Assembly (NCBI RefSeq): GCF_009914755.1
Contig: NC_060931.1
Source of the DNA: the human T2T-CHM13v2.0 reference genome, Homo sapiens
DNA: 64,000 bases
Reading direction: 5' to 3' (one strand)
Shown: piece after piece, positions 33,881 to 47,358 of the stretch
How the letters are laid out: every line of letters begins with the position of its first letter
Numbering within the stretch: the first letter of the stretch is position 1
Position numbers and translations under genes: made by a program
Notes under the pieces: model-generated
Seen by the model: only the letters and a program-made list of their open reading frames with translations
Told to the model about the DNA's origin: nothing
The model's database searches: none

Positions 33881-34097
33881 ATACACACAACCCCTGACAT
33901 ATTGCCAGGATAAAAAAAATAGTAACAAAAATAGTGAAATAAGGAAGAATGATTTCTCAGACAAGCACAAAAAGCTCTTGCAAGAGAACTCTTCAAAACC
34001 CATTCCAAAATGATACAAAATTAAGTTAGTGTTACATTTTTAAAAGAAAATTCATGTAATCCTAACACAGAAACCCTTAATTAAAAGTAAGCCTTTA

Positions 34098-34712
34098 TGT
34101 TGGGAGTGTAAATTAGTTCAACCATTGTGGAGGACAGTGTGCTGATTCCTCGAAGACCTGGAACCAGAAATACCATTTGACCCAGCAATCCCATTACTGG
34201 ATATATACCCAAAGGAATATAAATCCTTCTATAAAGATACATGCACGGATATATTCATGGCAGAACTATTTACAATAGCAAAGATATGGAATCAGTCTAA
34301 ATGCCCATCAATGATAGACTGGATAAAGAAAATGTGGTACATATATGGCATGGAATACTATGCAGCCATAAAAGGGAATGAGATCGTGTCCTTTGCAGGG
34401 ACATAGAGTTGGAAGCCACTATCCTCAGCAAACTAATGAAGGAACAGAAAACCAAACACCGCATGTTCTCACTTATAAGTGGGAGCTGAATGATGAGAAC
34501 ACATGGACACATGGGGGGAACAACACACACTAGAGCCTGTCGGTGGGGGCTGGGGGAGGGAGAGCATCAGGAAGAATAGCTAATGGATGCTGGTCTTAAT
34601 ACCTAGGTGATGGGATGATCTGTGCAGCAAACTACCATGGCACACATTTACCTATGAAACAAACCTGCACATCCTGTACACATACTCCTGAACTTAAAAT
34701 AAAGTTGAAGAA
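34098..34712 (+). mobile_element. 5'-truncated primate L1 (L1PA/PB) 3' end, sense
   Basis: L1 ORF2 end and 3' UTR. TSD AAAAGTA(A/G)GCCTTTA at 34083-34097 and 34713-34727. Confidence 0.92.
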
Positions 34713-35260
34713 AAAAGTAGGCCTTTAATAAAGTTCTTAAACAGTTAGTAAATAAAGGAAATTTTGTTTCAAACAAAATGTAACAATACCAACAAACTCC
34801 CTAAACTCTTTCTTGGGCATCTCTGACCTGAGAGTCCTGCTGAACCCCCAGCTGCTCCCCCAGGCCACCCCACAACCCTCGCCTTTACACTCCAGCCTGT
34901 CCATCGTGTTCAGAAGGAGCTGCACAATCTGTCCTGGTATTTTTCTCACCCTCTTCCTATTGTCTTCCTAACCTTTGGTTTAACCAGCAATTCTGAATCC
35001 TTGAACGGGTTGGGTAGAAATCTTACTCACAAGTTAATATTTTTAACCCTGTCACAAATGTTTGTTCATTAACTCATTGCTCTGTAAATGTTTGATGACT
35101 GCTTACTTGCTCAGTCAGGCTGTCTATAGGTAAAGGTTAAGGCCCATCTCCCAGCTCTGTGATTTGTGTGCAAAACTTCAATATGGAAACTGATAAATGC
35201 TGAAAGATTAGTGTATAGCACTGTCATTTATTTTATTAAGTGCATTCTTTCTTTTCCTAG

Positions 35261-35415
35261 AACTTTGAGAAGATAATACATATGTTCACGTCAATATACA
35301 ACCATTTGGCACAGCTTCCTGGGAGGAATAATAAGAAAAACATGCTTTGGAGGAAAACTCAAGATACAAAAATGAATGGCTATGCATAATAACAATAAAA
35401 ATGTATTCCCCAAAC
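35261..35415 (+). other. NME8: NME8 terminal non-coding exon (3' UTR)
   Basis: Strong acceptor TTCTTTCTTTTCCTAG|, followed by AATAAA at 35394-35399. Matches the recalled mRNA 3' end. The 3' boundary is approximate. Confidence 0.8.
35394..35399 (+). terminator. NME8: NME8 polyadenylation signal AATAAA
   Basis: Canonical hexamer in the terminal exon, with T-rich sequence downstream. Confidence 0.8.
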
Positions 35416-38227
35416 AAATCTTAATGTTTATTTTTAACTGATCTTCCGGAAAAGATTTAAGGTATATAAATGCACACAATCTACAACAAGATAATTGAGG
35501 GAGGAACACGGAATGTGGGGAAGAAGACAGTAGGAGAGATCAAATAAAGCCAGGAGTGGAGTTAAATACAAATGCATACTGCCTAATGTATATTGAAAAT
35601 TGGTCAAAGTTTTGACTCTAAATTTTCTTGCAGAAAATGAGGAAAAGGATGACATGTAGATTTATATAGTTTGCAAACTATAGTACTGTCCAACAGTCCA
35701 CGCAGTGTACCTAACTCCCTCATGGTAAGATAATGCAAGAAGGTAATAAGCCGATTTTGTTTTTGTTTCTTTTCCTCTCTCATGATGTACCCTGAATGAC
35801 GTTTTCTGCAGTGGTATGCCCTTAAGCCCATAGCCAGAGTAATGTGTGGTTCCCAGCATGTTAGCCATGACACCCTCTTTTTCACTCAGGAGAAATATTA
35901 GATTGCACATGATTGAGAATAAGGTTGCTGAATGATTAACTTTTCAATTTAATTTCTTAACTCTAATATTAATAAAAGTAAGACGCTCACAAGCTTTGAT
36001 CCTTCCACATTAGTAACAGATTACTCACTGCAATACTTTCATATTCCAACATAATGTTTGAGAAGCATGCCTGTGAACAGTGTTAAATTATACAAAATCT
36101 AATTATGTACATAGGAGTTATCAGTAAGGATATTTCTCAATCTTTCTCCAGAATGCAGTAAAAAATAAGGTAAATCGATTATCGGCTTCCTTTAGATTGT
36201 GCAGAGAAATAAGTACAGTCAATACCTTCACTTTCCTCGCTTCTTTCACCTTCCCTGCTCCCGCAGGTTGAATAGTATTATCTGATGCTTTCCATGGCCT
36301 GATAGTATCTGGATATTCATAATATGATTGTGCTGAGTGGCACACTGCTATTGCCTCAAGAATGATCCAGACCTTCGAATGCATTGGGGAGGGGGGAACA
36401 AGAAAAAAAAAAAAAAACTCTCTTAAAAGTGATATCGTATTTCACCAGCAGATGGCAAGCTACACTCAGTTGTGTGTATATGTGACTAAAGTTGTGCAAA
36501 GATTTCATACACAAGACATAGAGAAAGGCCATTTCTTTCTAATTGAAGTAGCTAGAAATCTAATAACCAATGTCTAAAGAGATCTATCCAATTAAGCTTT
36601 AAGTTGAGTTCATCTTGGTCTCGAGGGGATTGTATTTAGTGGGTGGAACACAGCAGCAAGAGGTAGACATGTAAGGACTGGGGTTAGCAGTACTTGGAAA
36701 TATCTTCTTGCCTCTGGGGGAGAAAGATTTTAAAAGGCTAGAAAGTCACCAGGGCTTCTGCTAAATGGGCTGGTCTTGAATTTCGGCTGGACTTTAGGTA
36801 GTAAAAGCATGGCCTGGACCACTGTGGCTGAGACAAGTAAGGCCTGAAAAATCAGCAGGAAAAGTTGGAGCTTGAGGCTGAGAACTGTCAGCTGATGAGA
36901 TACCCAGGAGGGTGGGGATGTGGGTCTGAATTCAGGGACAGGCTCAGTAAGTAGGCAATGGGACACCTGTGCAGAAACTGCCTCTATCCCATCAGCCAAA
37001 TACATGAGGATGACTTCGCTGGGATGAGGTCAGTGTCTACATGAATTCCCCCAGACAGAACAGTCCCCATTCTCTAGTACTGGCTCAGTCATGCACCTTG
37101 ACCCTAAAGCCAGAGTCTCTCTGATGGCTACACCCAGTCCATCCAGCCCAGTTCCATGACAGGACACCCAAAGCATTCTTGATTTGAGCCTAATGCTCTC
37201 CAGTACCTTCTTTGGATGCCCTGTGGAAGATGGACAGATTTCGTAAAATATGCTGTCCTCTATTTGTGGCCCTCTAGCTGGACTGTCTTAGTGCCCCTTC
37301 TGGACACTGAAAGGGATTCCTGACACTGATGCCTATCTGAACTGTGTCTGAACCTGCTCAACCATTGGAAGCTACTTTGGATGACCTCCAAAGCCAAACA
37401 TTTTATGCATTCCAAAAAGGGAGAAAGATGACTCAGCAATTGTCTGCCTAATTTTCAGCTGCTGAACTATTTCAATGACATAATGAATATTTTAAATGAT
37501 TATAATTATTCTTAAAATGTTAGTGAATTTTAAAAGTCCATCAGTTTGAATCAACAACATTATTTTAGATTTATTTTGGTACCATGGCGAAATTTTATTC
37601 ATAATACCATTTTTTTTGCTTAACTTCAGTTCTTTGCACCTTGTTATATTATTCAAGTTCTTATAATGTTATGAGATTTAGGAATAGTCCTCTGATTATA
37701 TGCCCTCCCTGTTAGCTGAATATAATTGTTAATAAACAATTTAATTGTTTTCCCTTTTCATAATATGTCATTTAAGTGAGCCATACTGGCCATTAGAAAG
37801 TTGTTCTCATTGAGATACTGCAGCTGCATGTTTTAGTTATAAAATTTTTCTCATACAAATATCACAACTAAATATATTAGACTTAGGCTGTAAAGGCAAA
37901 ATTACACACCATGGCTTTGTTCTTGACATTAATTACCTCTTTCCAAATATTTTCTTACATTCCAGTAGACAGAAATTTCTCTCAGGTAGCAAAGCAAATA
38001 AATACTGTAAGTTCTGTAGTGGTGATCAACATATTCTTTCTTTAATAAATTCGAAAAGAAAAAGACATGAAAAAGCATGAAGACAAAAGTCGAAGGCTTA
38101 GGGATTAAATAGTGTATGGCTGCCAGTTACAGAAATTGACAGAGACATTCTGTTGCTTGACACTACTTTATAGTTTGTGCTGGAAAAGTATGGTGGTCAA
38201 ACTTTAATATTTTTATGATTGTCATAG

Positions 38228-38665
38228 TGTGATGAGTATGAGAATGTGAATCACAACCTCCAATTGCAGGGGCCATATTGACAAGGGTTCTAGCTCTGCA
38301 CCCTGAAATTCACTGTCACCTTTGCAGCAAGACCACACTACCTATGGGTTGCTCCCAGTCAGTGACTGAGCACAACAGGATACTTAGAGCTATGCCTGGG
38401 AGAAGAGGGACTCCTTTGACAGATGACTGGCTCAAGACTCCCAAGTAACCTTGCCAAACTTTCCTTAGACTTTACAGCAGTCTGGAATGCTTCTACCCAA
38501 CCTTTCTTCTCTCTTCCCTCTCTCCTTCACTCAGGGTGGACATCCATTGTGCTCTGACAGCTCTCCCAGCCCTACCCAGATCCCTCCCCATTCTCTCTCA
38601 CAGGCGTTTTGCACATTTAATTCTGTTTTGGCATTTGCTTCTCTGAGGACCCAGATGAAAACACA
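38228..38665. mobile_element. LTR16-like ERVL LTR
   Basis: Ends GGCATTTGCTTCTCTGAGGACCCAGATGAAAACA, like the recalled LTR16A consensus. Confidence 0.6.
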
Positions 38666-38782
38666 TATGATCAAGGGAATAGTTTTCAAATTAGCATGTC
38701 TAAATGTCTTTAAATCAAACTACATTCTATATATATACCTGTCTGATAATATTTTTGTAGTATCTGATAGTTATAAAAGTAA

Positions 38783-39118
<336 letters not shown>

Positions 39119-40447
39119 TATGCTTTGCACTCTCTTATGGCAACATTTTTTATGGTCTTTAGTATTCAATAATGAAGGAAAGTTATTTGTGTCACAAACA
39201 CCTATCCTACACTGACATGACTTGGGAACCACATTCAAAAGTCCATTTTCACAAATTATTGGTAAAATAAACTCTGATACATCCAAGCTATGCAACTGTC
39301 CAATATAAACCTACTGTTGCATTCTTTAGTGGAGCAATTTTCATGCTGCCTTATTAAGTTCATACACCAAAACAGAAGGAAAACCCAGAAGGATTCACAC
39401 CAAAATGCTAGTTTTGACATTTTGAGTAGCTACTTTGATATTTTGGGTCTTTTTGTTTTATTTCATGTTTTTGCTTATTTCTGTTCTTTGAATAATAAGG
39501 GGGGATATTCCATTGCTATCCAAGGGTTCAGCGTCTTCTTTGGGGTACTTTAAATTAAAGTAGATGCTCTATCTTGGGTACTTCATTCATCTGGAGAACA
39601 TGGCATGCTTCCTTATCAGTTAAATCACAGAGTTGACAATTAACTGATATTATGGCTAATAATATCAGTTAATTACTGATATACTGTTGGGTGGTATGCC
39701 TCTCACTATGATGTAATACATCTTTCAGTGTAAACTGCTTTTCAAAAGTATTTTCCAATAGGAAATATGGTCAGCATTAGCATAAATCAGACTATAACAA
39801 GAAGCAGAAATTTGTTATCCTGTTGCTCTTTCTATGGTGATAAATAAATAGTCCCTCTAGCAGCCCAGATTTATGTTACCAAGAAGTCAGTGGACTTTGG
39901 ACTGGTAAATCAAAATTCAGGAAATTTGAGGGCCCAGATCTGCCTCTAGCTATGTGCAAGAAATCAGACAAACTTATACAACCTTTCTCCAACAAGCGAG
40001 GTTATGACTTCTGAGGTCTTATTCAACCTTTTCATTCCATGATTCCAAACAATCATTCTTGCTCTTTGAATGGTAATAATAGCAGGTACATCCTTGCAGT
40101 AAAAATGTGCTCTTCTTTTTCACTCAGGGACTGGTTACCCCAACCAGAAACACCCTCAAACTAGTAAGGGGTTTTGCTGTAAGAATGCGATAGACCATCT
40201 TATAGGTATCCAAGGAGAGAAACCAAAAGTGTGATCAGACTGCATTGGTTTAGAGCTGAAAAGTAAGAACTAAGGCTATTTATGTAAGTTCTCATGTATC
40301 TTAAAAGAAGTCTAGACAGAGAGCATCTATTGGCAACTCTGCTATACTCTAATTCTTCAGTTCCTGTAGTTAACCAGTTATATTATTAAGTTTGATTTGT
40401 TAAAAAAATAGAGAAGGTTGCATAGGCTTTTCCAGCAGTTAAGAAAT

Positions 40448-40450
40448 CTG

Positions 40451-40496
<46 letters not shown>

Positions 40497-40600
40497 ATCT
40501 ATCTATCTATCTGTCTGTCTGTCTGTCTATCTATCCATCCATCTATCTTTCTATCCATCTATCTATCAATCATCTATCAAGCCATCTATTTATCTCTATA
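40448..40600. repeat. (CTAT)n/(GATA)n compound tetranucleotide STR
   Basis: About 11 pure TCTA units followed by degenerate TCTG/TCCA units. Confidence 0.95.
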
Positions 40601-40955
40601 CTTTGAGGGGCTCAAATCACTATTTCCCAGCTGCCAGGAGTGTAGGAAGTGCTGAGAATGTTGTCAGCTGATGGTTCACAGACGAAGGGAGGAGCTTTGC
40701 CCAAGGTGGCCACCAGTTCCAACTTTACATTTTTAATCAATATGGGGAAGGAGAAATAATCTTAGTGAGGGTTTCCATACACCATACACTTAGTGAGCAT
40801 TTCCATACATGGATGGTCCAAGCATTCTGGGGCGTAACTGACAAGATCAAGAACTTTCCTTGCTGAGCATACTCCTTGGCCCGAAAATGCTATTTAAACA
40901 AATGTATCCCAAGGTACTAATGAAGGATGTGCACAGATGTTTGACTATTGAGATG

Positions 40956-40961
40956 TTTATT
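40956..40961 (-). terminator. SFRP4: Probable distal SFRP4 polyadenylation signal
   Basis: TTTATT on + (AATAAA on -), about 1.53 kb after the stop. Fits a recalled mRNA of about 3 kb. More proximal hexamers also exist. Confidence 0.6.
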
Positions 40962-42486
40962 CAGTATTGTCAGTGAAGAAACCACCTAAGTATCCAATAG
41001 CACAACAGTTTGTTGAGTAATGCATACTATGGAATATAACACAGCTGTTAGAAATGAGATGGTTTCTGCTTTCTTGACAGGAAAACTTATCTCAATAAAG
41101 GGCCAAGCAAAGGAGGCAGGTTATGAAACACATGTATAGCAGGTTCCTAGTTTTATTTGTTCAAATCATTTTATAAGTGCATAAGAAACACCTGGAGAAT
41201 AATATGCCAAAATACTAATAGTGATTACCTCTGTGTAGTGGAGAGTAGGATTAGATAGGATTTTATTTCCTTTGGGCGTTGTGCATTTATTGAATGCCTT
41301 ATAGAGAATACATGCTTACTGTGTTAGCAAAAGGCCAATAAAATTGTTTTTTAAAATAAATGCCTCCAATTGTCCACAATTATGAAATTTGTTGATAAAA
41401 TGCTGCAAGATAAGTTCTTTTTTTCTGATTAAAGTATCCCAACTGTCAAGTAATTCTCATTTCAGAGGTGGAACCTCAACTTTCCTCTCTGTACATTTAT
41501 ATTTAACTCCTCTCACATGTATTTAGGCAAAGAAAATATTTAAATGAAGAAAACAAAATTTGGCACTCACATGAAGGCCATTTTTAAGCTTGTCAAATTA
41601 TTCTCAGGGTGGATGTCCTGGGAAGTAAGATGAGTGACATACCTCTCTTGTGGGTATAAAATACTTGAGCATTAGCCAACTAATTAGTACCTAACTCCTA
41701 ATGGTACAGACAAACTCACTGTTTCTGGTGCTGCTTAAGAGGGTGTTGACAAGAAGCATCATGATCATGAAATCAGGTAACCAAAAAACAGGAATCCAGA
41801 CATTGTCTGCCTCTCCTTTTTATTTATTTTTCTTTATTATTATTTTTGTTTTTAGAGTTTCTAGCTAAAAACAGAGCTGAAGTCATTGTAAAAAAGACAC
41901 ATTATAATTTTCCATATGCTACTTCTCTAGATTTTTCAAAAAATCCCCTTTCATCACAAAAATCCTTCTGCAGACCATAAACACATAAAGATCTTTTAGA
42001 CATTCATTCCACTACTGTTCCTTCTTAGAAGCATTATATTTTCGATCACATTTTAAAACATCACTAACATTGCAACAACAGATATCAAAAGGTAATAAAA
42101 CATACTGTAAAAAAATTACGTGTTTTGTTTGAAATATGGCATTTATTTTACAATGCACATATTAGGTCGAATTGTAACAAGCATTATTTTCCCTACTCTT
42201 CTAGAGTATGCACACAGGTTACTCTGAATGCAATGCAATAAGCCTTTTCCACCAGCTTTAACTCACCTTCTGTACCAAAGGGCAAACCTACCACTATGGC
42301 TTGTGATGGCTTACAAAGAAAAACTGAAGCATAGCCTTAAGAAAAATGCTGCAAGATGTGTCTATGAAGAGCACTGCAGTGAGTTGTTAGGGCAAGGGGC
42401 ACATGGCCTTACATAGGCTGTCCCAGGCAATGCCCAGCCTCATCCTGTAAGGAAGTCGGAAGTCTCCGCTTTGGAAACTAGTTAGC

Positions 42487-42699
<213 letters not shown>

Positions 42700-44568
42700 T
42701 CAAATTATCTCACCCCTTTATGGTGCTCAGCTAATGTGAAAATTAAGGCAAGTTTTTCACTGTAATATATTAATGACGGTAACAATTGTAATAGCTACCC
42801 TATGTGAAGCACTTATCATGTACCAGGTGACTTGGAAAGTGCTCAGTGTGTGATGAAGTTTCCACATGCATTCATTTCATTGAAACAACAGTCCTTCCAA
42901 ATAGGCACCACTGACAGGGGCAGGAAACAAGCCCAAAGAGGTTATTTGCAGTGCACAGAGCTGGTAAATGTCAGAGTCAGGATTCAAATTCACCCACTCT
43001 GACTCCAGAGCCTGAGGCCCTCACCCATGCACTTTTGACCACTAGCCCCATAATGCAACATTCCTACAGTGCAAAGCCTTCTAAAAAGGCTCTTATTTCA
43101 TGGCTACTAGCATTAGTTTACCCCATGTCACTGGGAAGTCAGGAGTTTGTTCACTTCATTTTCCCACATCCAAAGGAAGACAGAGGCCCCTTCTACACCT
43201 AGTCATCCGCTAACGTGCTAGCTATCCAGAACCATTGGGAATTGAGTCATTCTGAAAAATCAAGTTTCTCTGATAGAAAAAAATTTATTCTTTAAATAGC
43301 TCAAGTAAGGAACAATAAAAAAGTGAGTCCACTTGAATTGACATTGCTTTATATTAACGCAGATGTGCCTGCTTGGCTAGAGTCTATTTCATTCAGCCAA
43401 AAGTTTGACCACAGTCATCAGCTGGGTATTATTCTAGGCACTAGGAATGCAATGAAAAGAAAAACATTGTCCCCACTGTGCTATGACACACTTCTAGTCT
43501 ATTCTAAAATAATAAACTCACTATGGTATGTTGCTATCATGTGGTGATATTTGCAAATTTCTACTGAAGTATATTGGAAAATATGCTGCCAAACTGAATG
43601 GTCCCCACAGCTATGATTATTGAATGCTTTCCTCTTGGCAAGCTCAGGTTCTCATGGTCTGCTTGCCTTCATGTATTGATGCTTCTAATCTACTGTAGTC
43701 CTGGAAACCAGATAACCAATCTTGCTAGAATTTCCTGTCTAATAGAACTAAGCATGCTCCTGAGCAGCTCATGAGTTTTTAGCTCTGATTTAACACAATA
43801 GTGTTTGGTTCTCTTATTCAGAAATGCACTGACTAGCGGAGGCTGTGTTCTAACTACATTCTCCATAACTCAATTGTTAATATATACTTTTCTCTTGCTT
43901 GGATCTCTTTATTGGTGCAAACTAAGAGAGCATAGGCAATAGCAATATGTTTTGTGAACCTATAAACACAAATTCTTCTGAATATATATGACATATTTTG
44001 CAAAGAAGGGATGCTTTAAAAATTTAAAACCAATTACCTGGTGTCTTTAGATTGGTATAATTTCACATCTCTGGGAAAAAATTATTCTAACTCCTCTAAT
44101 TGAATTACCAATATTTCTACGATGTTACCACAAAAATCATAGATTTGACTGCAAAACGATTACTTTTTGCATATAATTTTTGACAAAAGTCTTAAATTAT
44201 TATACATACAGGAAAAGATTCTGCTGTGTATAGTGATAGGGTAAGTTTTAGTACTAGATATTTCACCCCTCCAAATATATGTCAGTTTTAATCTCAATAG
44301 ATATTAAGTCTGCTCAAGTATCTCATGGTTCACTAAAACAACTACATGTAATAAAGAAACAAAAGGCTCATTTAACTTGGAAATAACCAGTACCTTAGTA
44401 TTGAACACAACTAAATCACCTTTGAAGTCGAATGATAGATTCCTGGTAAAAATTCTGAGTGAGAATAGCTACACTCTTAACGGCCTATTCAAAAGACAAA
44501 TACTGTTGCTATTGCTGGCTCTTATGAGAGCTTGGAGATTAGAGAATGGGAAGAATTCCCCAACTCTA

Positions 44569-44700
<132 letters not shown>

Positions 44701-46925
44701 TTATCTTAGTAAACAGATTTTTATTACAAAAGTAAACAGCTAAAAATACAGAAATTGTAAAAAAATTATTCAATAATCCTTTACCCCATAATCCACACAT
44801 CCACCATTTATATTTTATTGGTGTTTCCTTTCATTCCTCCTTGTAACAATATTAATTATATTTATTAGATCACATTGTGTATTGAGATGATCTGCTGATC
44901 TGCAAATTTCCTTTTGTCATTATATGATCTAAATTTTCTGATGTAATTAGAGTAATTTAAAAATATAATGTTAATAATATAATACTATGAATATGGATAT
45001 CCATAATATATCTATCCATTTCTTTATTGCTGAATTCCCCTTTTGCTTAGCTATGATTACCAGTATTGCATTGAATAACCCTGTATACAGTAGTGTGCAC
45101 TGGCTTATTATTTTCTTAGGACAGATTTTTAAAATAGAATAACTGAGTTAAGGGGTATGTATTTTTTAAAAAGATTTTCAATGCATAGTGCCAAGTTGTT
45201 TTCAAAATGGTTGCACTTTCATCCAATTCACTAACATTAAGAATTAGGTGAAAATGGAATCTTATTTTTATTTGGATTTAGAATTAAGGAGATAATTTTT
45301 TAAATGTTTACTTACTATTTGTATTCTATTTGTATTACTATTTGAACTTCTCTATATAAATTTCTGTATATATATTTCTATATCATGATCTCAATGTTTA
45401 AATATTAATTTTATGAACTCTTTAGTAAGATTACTATTTTTTCATATCTTTTCAAGTATGTTTCTCAATTTTTATTTGCCTTTCTATCATTATTTGTGAT
45501 TTTTATATGTATAATATTATGTAGTCAGATATGTGTATTGATATTTTTCCTTGTAATTTCTTACATTACTTTTATGTTTACAAATTACTTTTCTTTTCAG
45601 ATATAACATATTTAGTCACTAATTTTGTCCTTTTTTTAAAGTTCTTAGAATATTTATCTATTTAATCCATTTGAAAGTTATTGTAAAGCACAGTATAAAG
45701 TGAAAAGAATGTATTTTTTTACAAATAAGAATATTTTCAACATTTACCAAATAATACATTCATTTTCTATTGATGTGCCATATTTCCTTCATAATGAAAA
45801 GCTGTATTTTATGCATTAAAACCTGTTTCAAGAGTTTTTCCTCTGTTTCATTTATCTTTACGTCTACTATTGCATCACATGGTTTTAACAAGTGTAACTT
45901 TACACCAGGTTTGCGGGTCTCATAAGGCAGATTTCCTCTCTTATTTTCAGAATTGTCTTTACATACCCTTACCAATTTATTAGAATCATTTGTGAGGACA
46001 TAAATCCCAATTATCCAAAACTATTTTTACTGGGATGGATTATAATCCATTCATCTCTCCAGATAGAATGTAATGACCAACAACCTGGTATCCCCAACTG
46101 GATCTCTAGCACTGCAGCAGATGCAAACACCTTGGTAGAGATGAGTCCAGAATCACTGATTGCTTCTTTAGGGAGACAAGATATACGCAGAATCTGGCTT
46201 TAAAACCAAGAACTCAAGGTGATATCCATGTTGTAAGGAGGGCACCCAAGTACTGATAGAATACAGAAAAGTGGAGTTAGTTCCCAAAGATGTTTTTGGT
46301 TTCTTTTCAGAGGAATAGTCTTAGGTTATATCTAGAAGAAACAGATGAGCATTAACAGCAGAGAATGGGAGGGATGCCTTGTTATGTAAAACTGAGTGAT
46401 TTTGCTGGAGAAGTATACTGCATCAACTTATGGGGCCCAACATGGAGGCTGGGCTCAAGAGTTTGACTTTATATTACAAGTAATGTACCAATATCCAAAA
46501 AAAATAAGAAAGAAAGAGAGGCCAGGGAGACAAATACACACAGCTAGAATTTGTGTGTATGTGTATGAGTGTGTGTGAAGCATATATTTATTTGTTTATA
46601 CATTGCCTTGTGATGATTTGAATTGAGAATCACATATTCGATTCAGAAATCACCTTAAAGTGTGTGTGTGCATGCGTGTTTGTTTGCAATACTCTATCAA
46701 ATATTATGAAGTGTTTATATGGAAAATATGTGGAACTATAGTCTCAACTCCCTACTTACTTGATCTGTAAGCTATTAAAGTGGCCTTAAAAGTTCAGTAT
46801 GTGCCACTCTAAAATTGTTTGAATGATTTGAAAAGAATTGTTCTTCCTTAAAATAATTGACTTGCCTGTAAATTTTGAAGTCACTTAATGAATTTTGAAA
46901 TTGATTTTTAAAGACTCTATTCAAA

Positions 46926-46977
46926 TACTCATATTTTGATTTTTCCTTCATTACTCATATTTTGATTTTTCCTTCAT
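46926..46977. repeat. Perfect 26-bp tandem duplication
   Basis: TACTCATATTTTGATTTTTCCTTCAT occurs twice in tandem. Confidence 0.95.
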
Positions 46978-47151
46978 TCTATGAAGAATTAATTGATAGA
47001 ATATATGCTATTCAAACAGAGGCATCTGTTAAACTAATTTTTTTAAAAAGACTTTGGCATATTTTTGTTATATTTTTAAACCATGACTGCTAACTGAGAT
47101 TGAGGTCTTCCTAACAGTGTGCATACAGTTCCTTCTGCCTCTTTGTGCCTA

Positions 47152-47358
<207 letters not shown>

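Noticed and set aside
46610-46680. GTGATGA C-box-like motif suggesting a C/D snoRNA
   Set aside because: It is antisense to the host gene SFRP4 and has no properly placed CTGA D box or terminal stem. Kept only as part of the direct-repeat finding.
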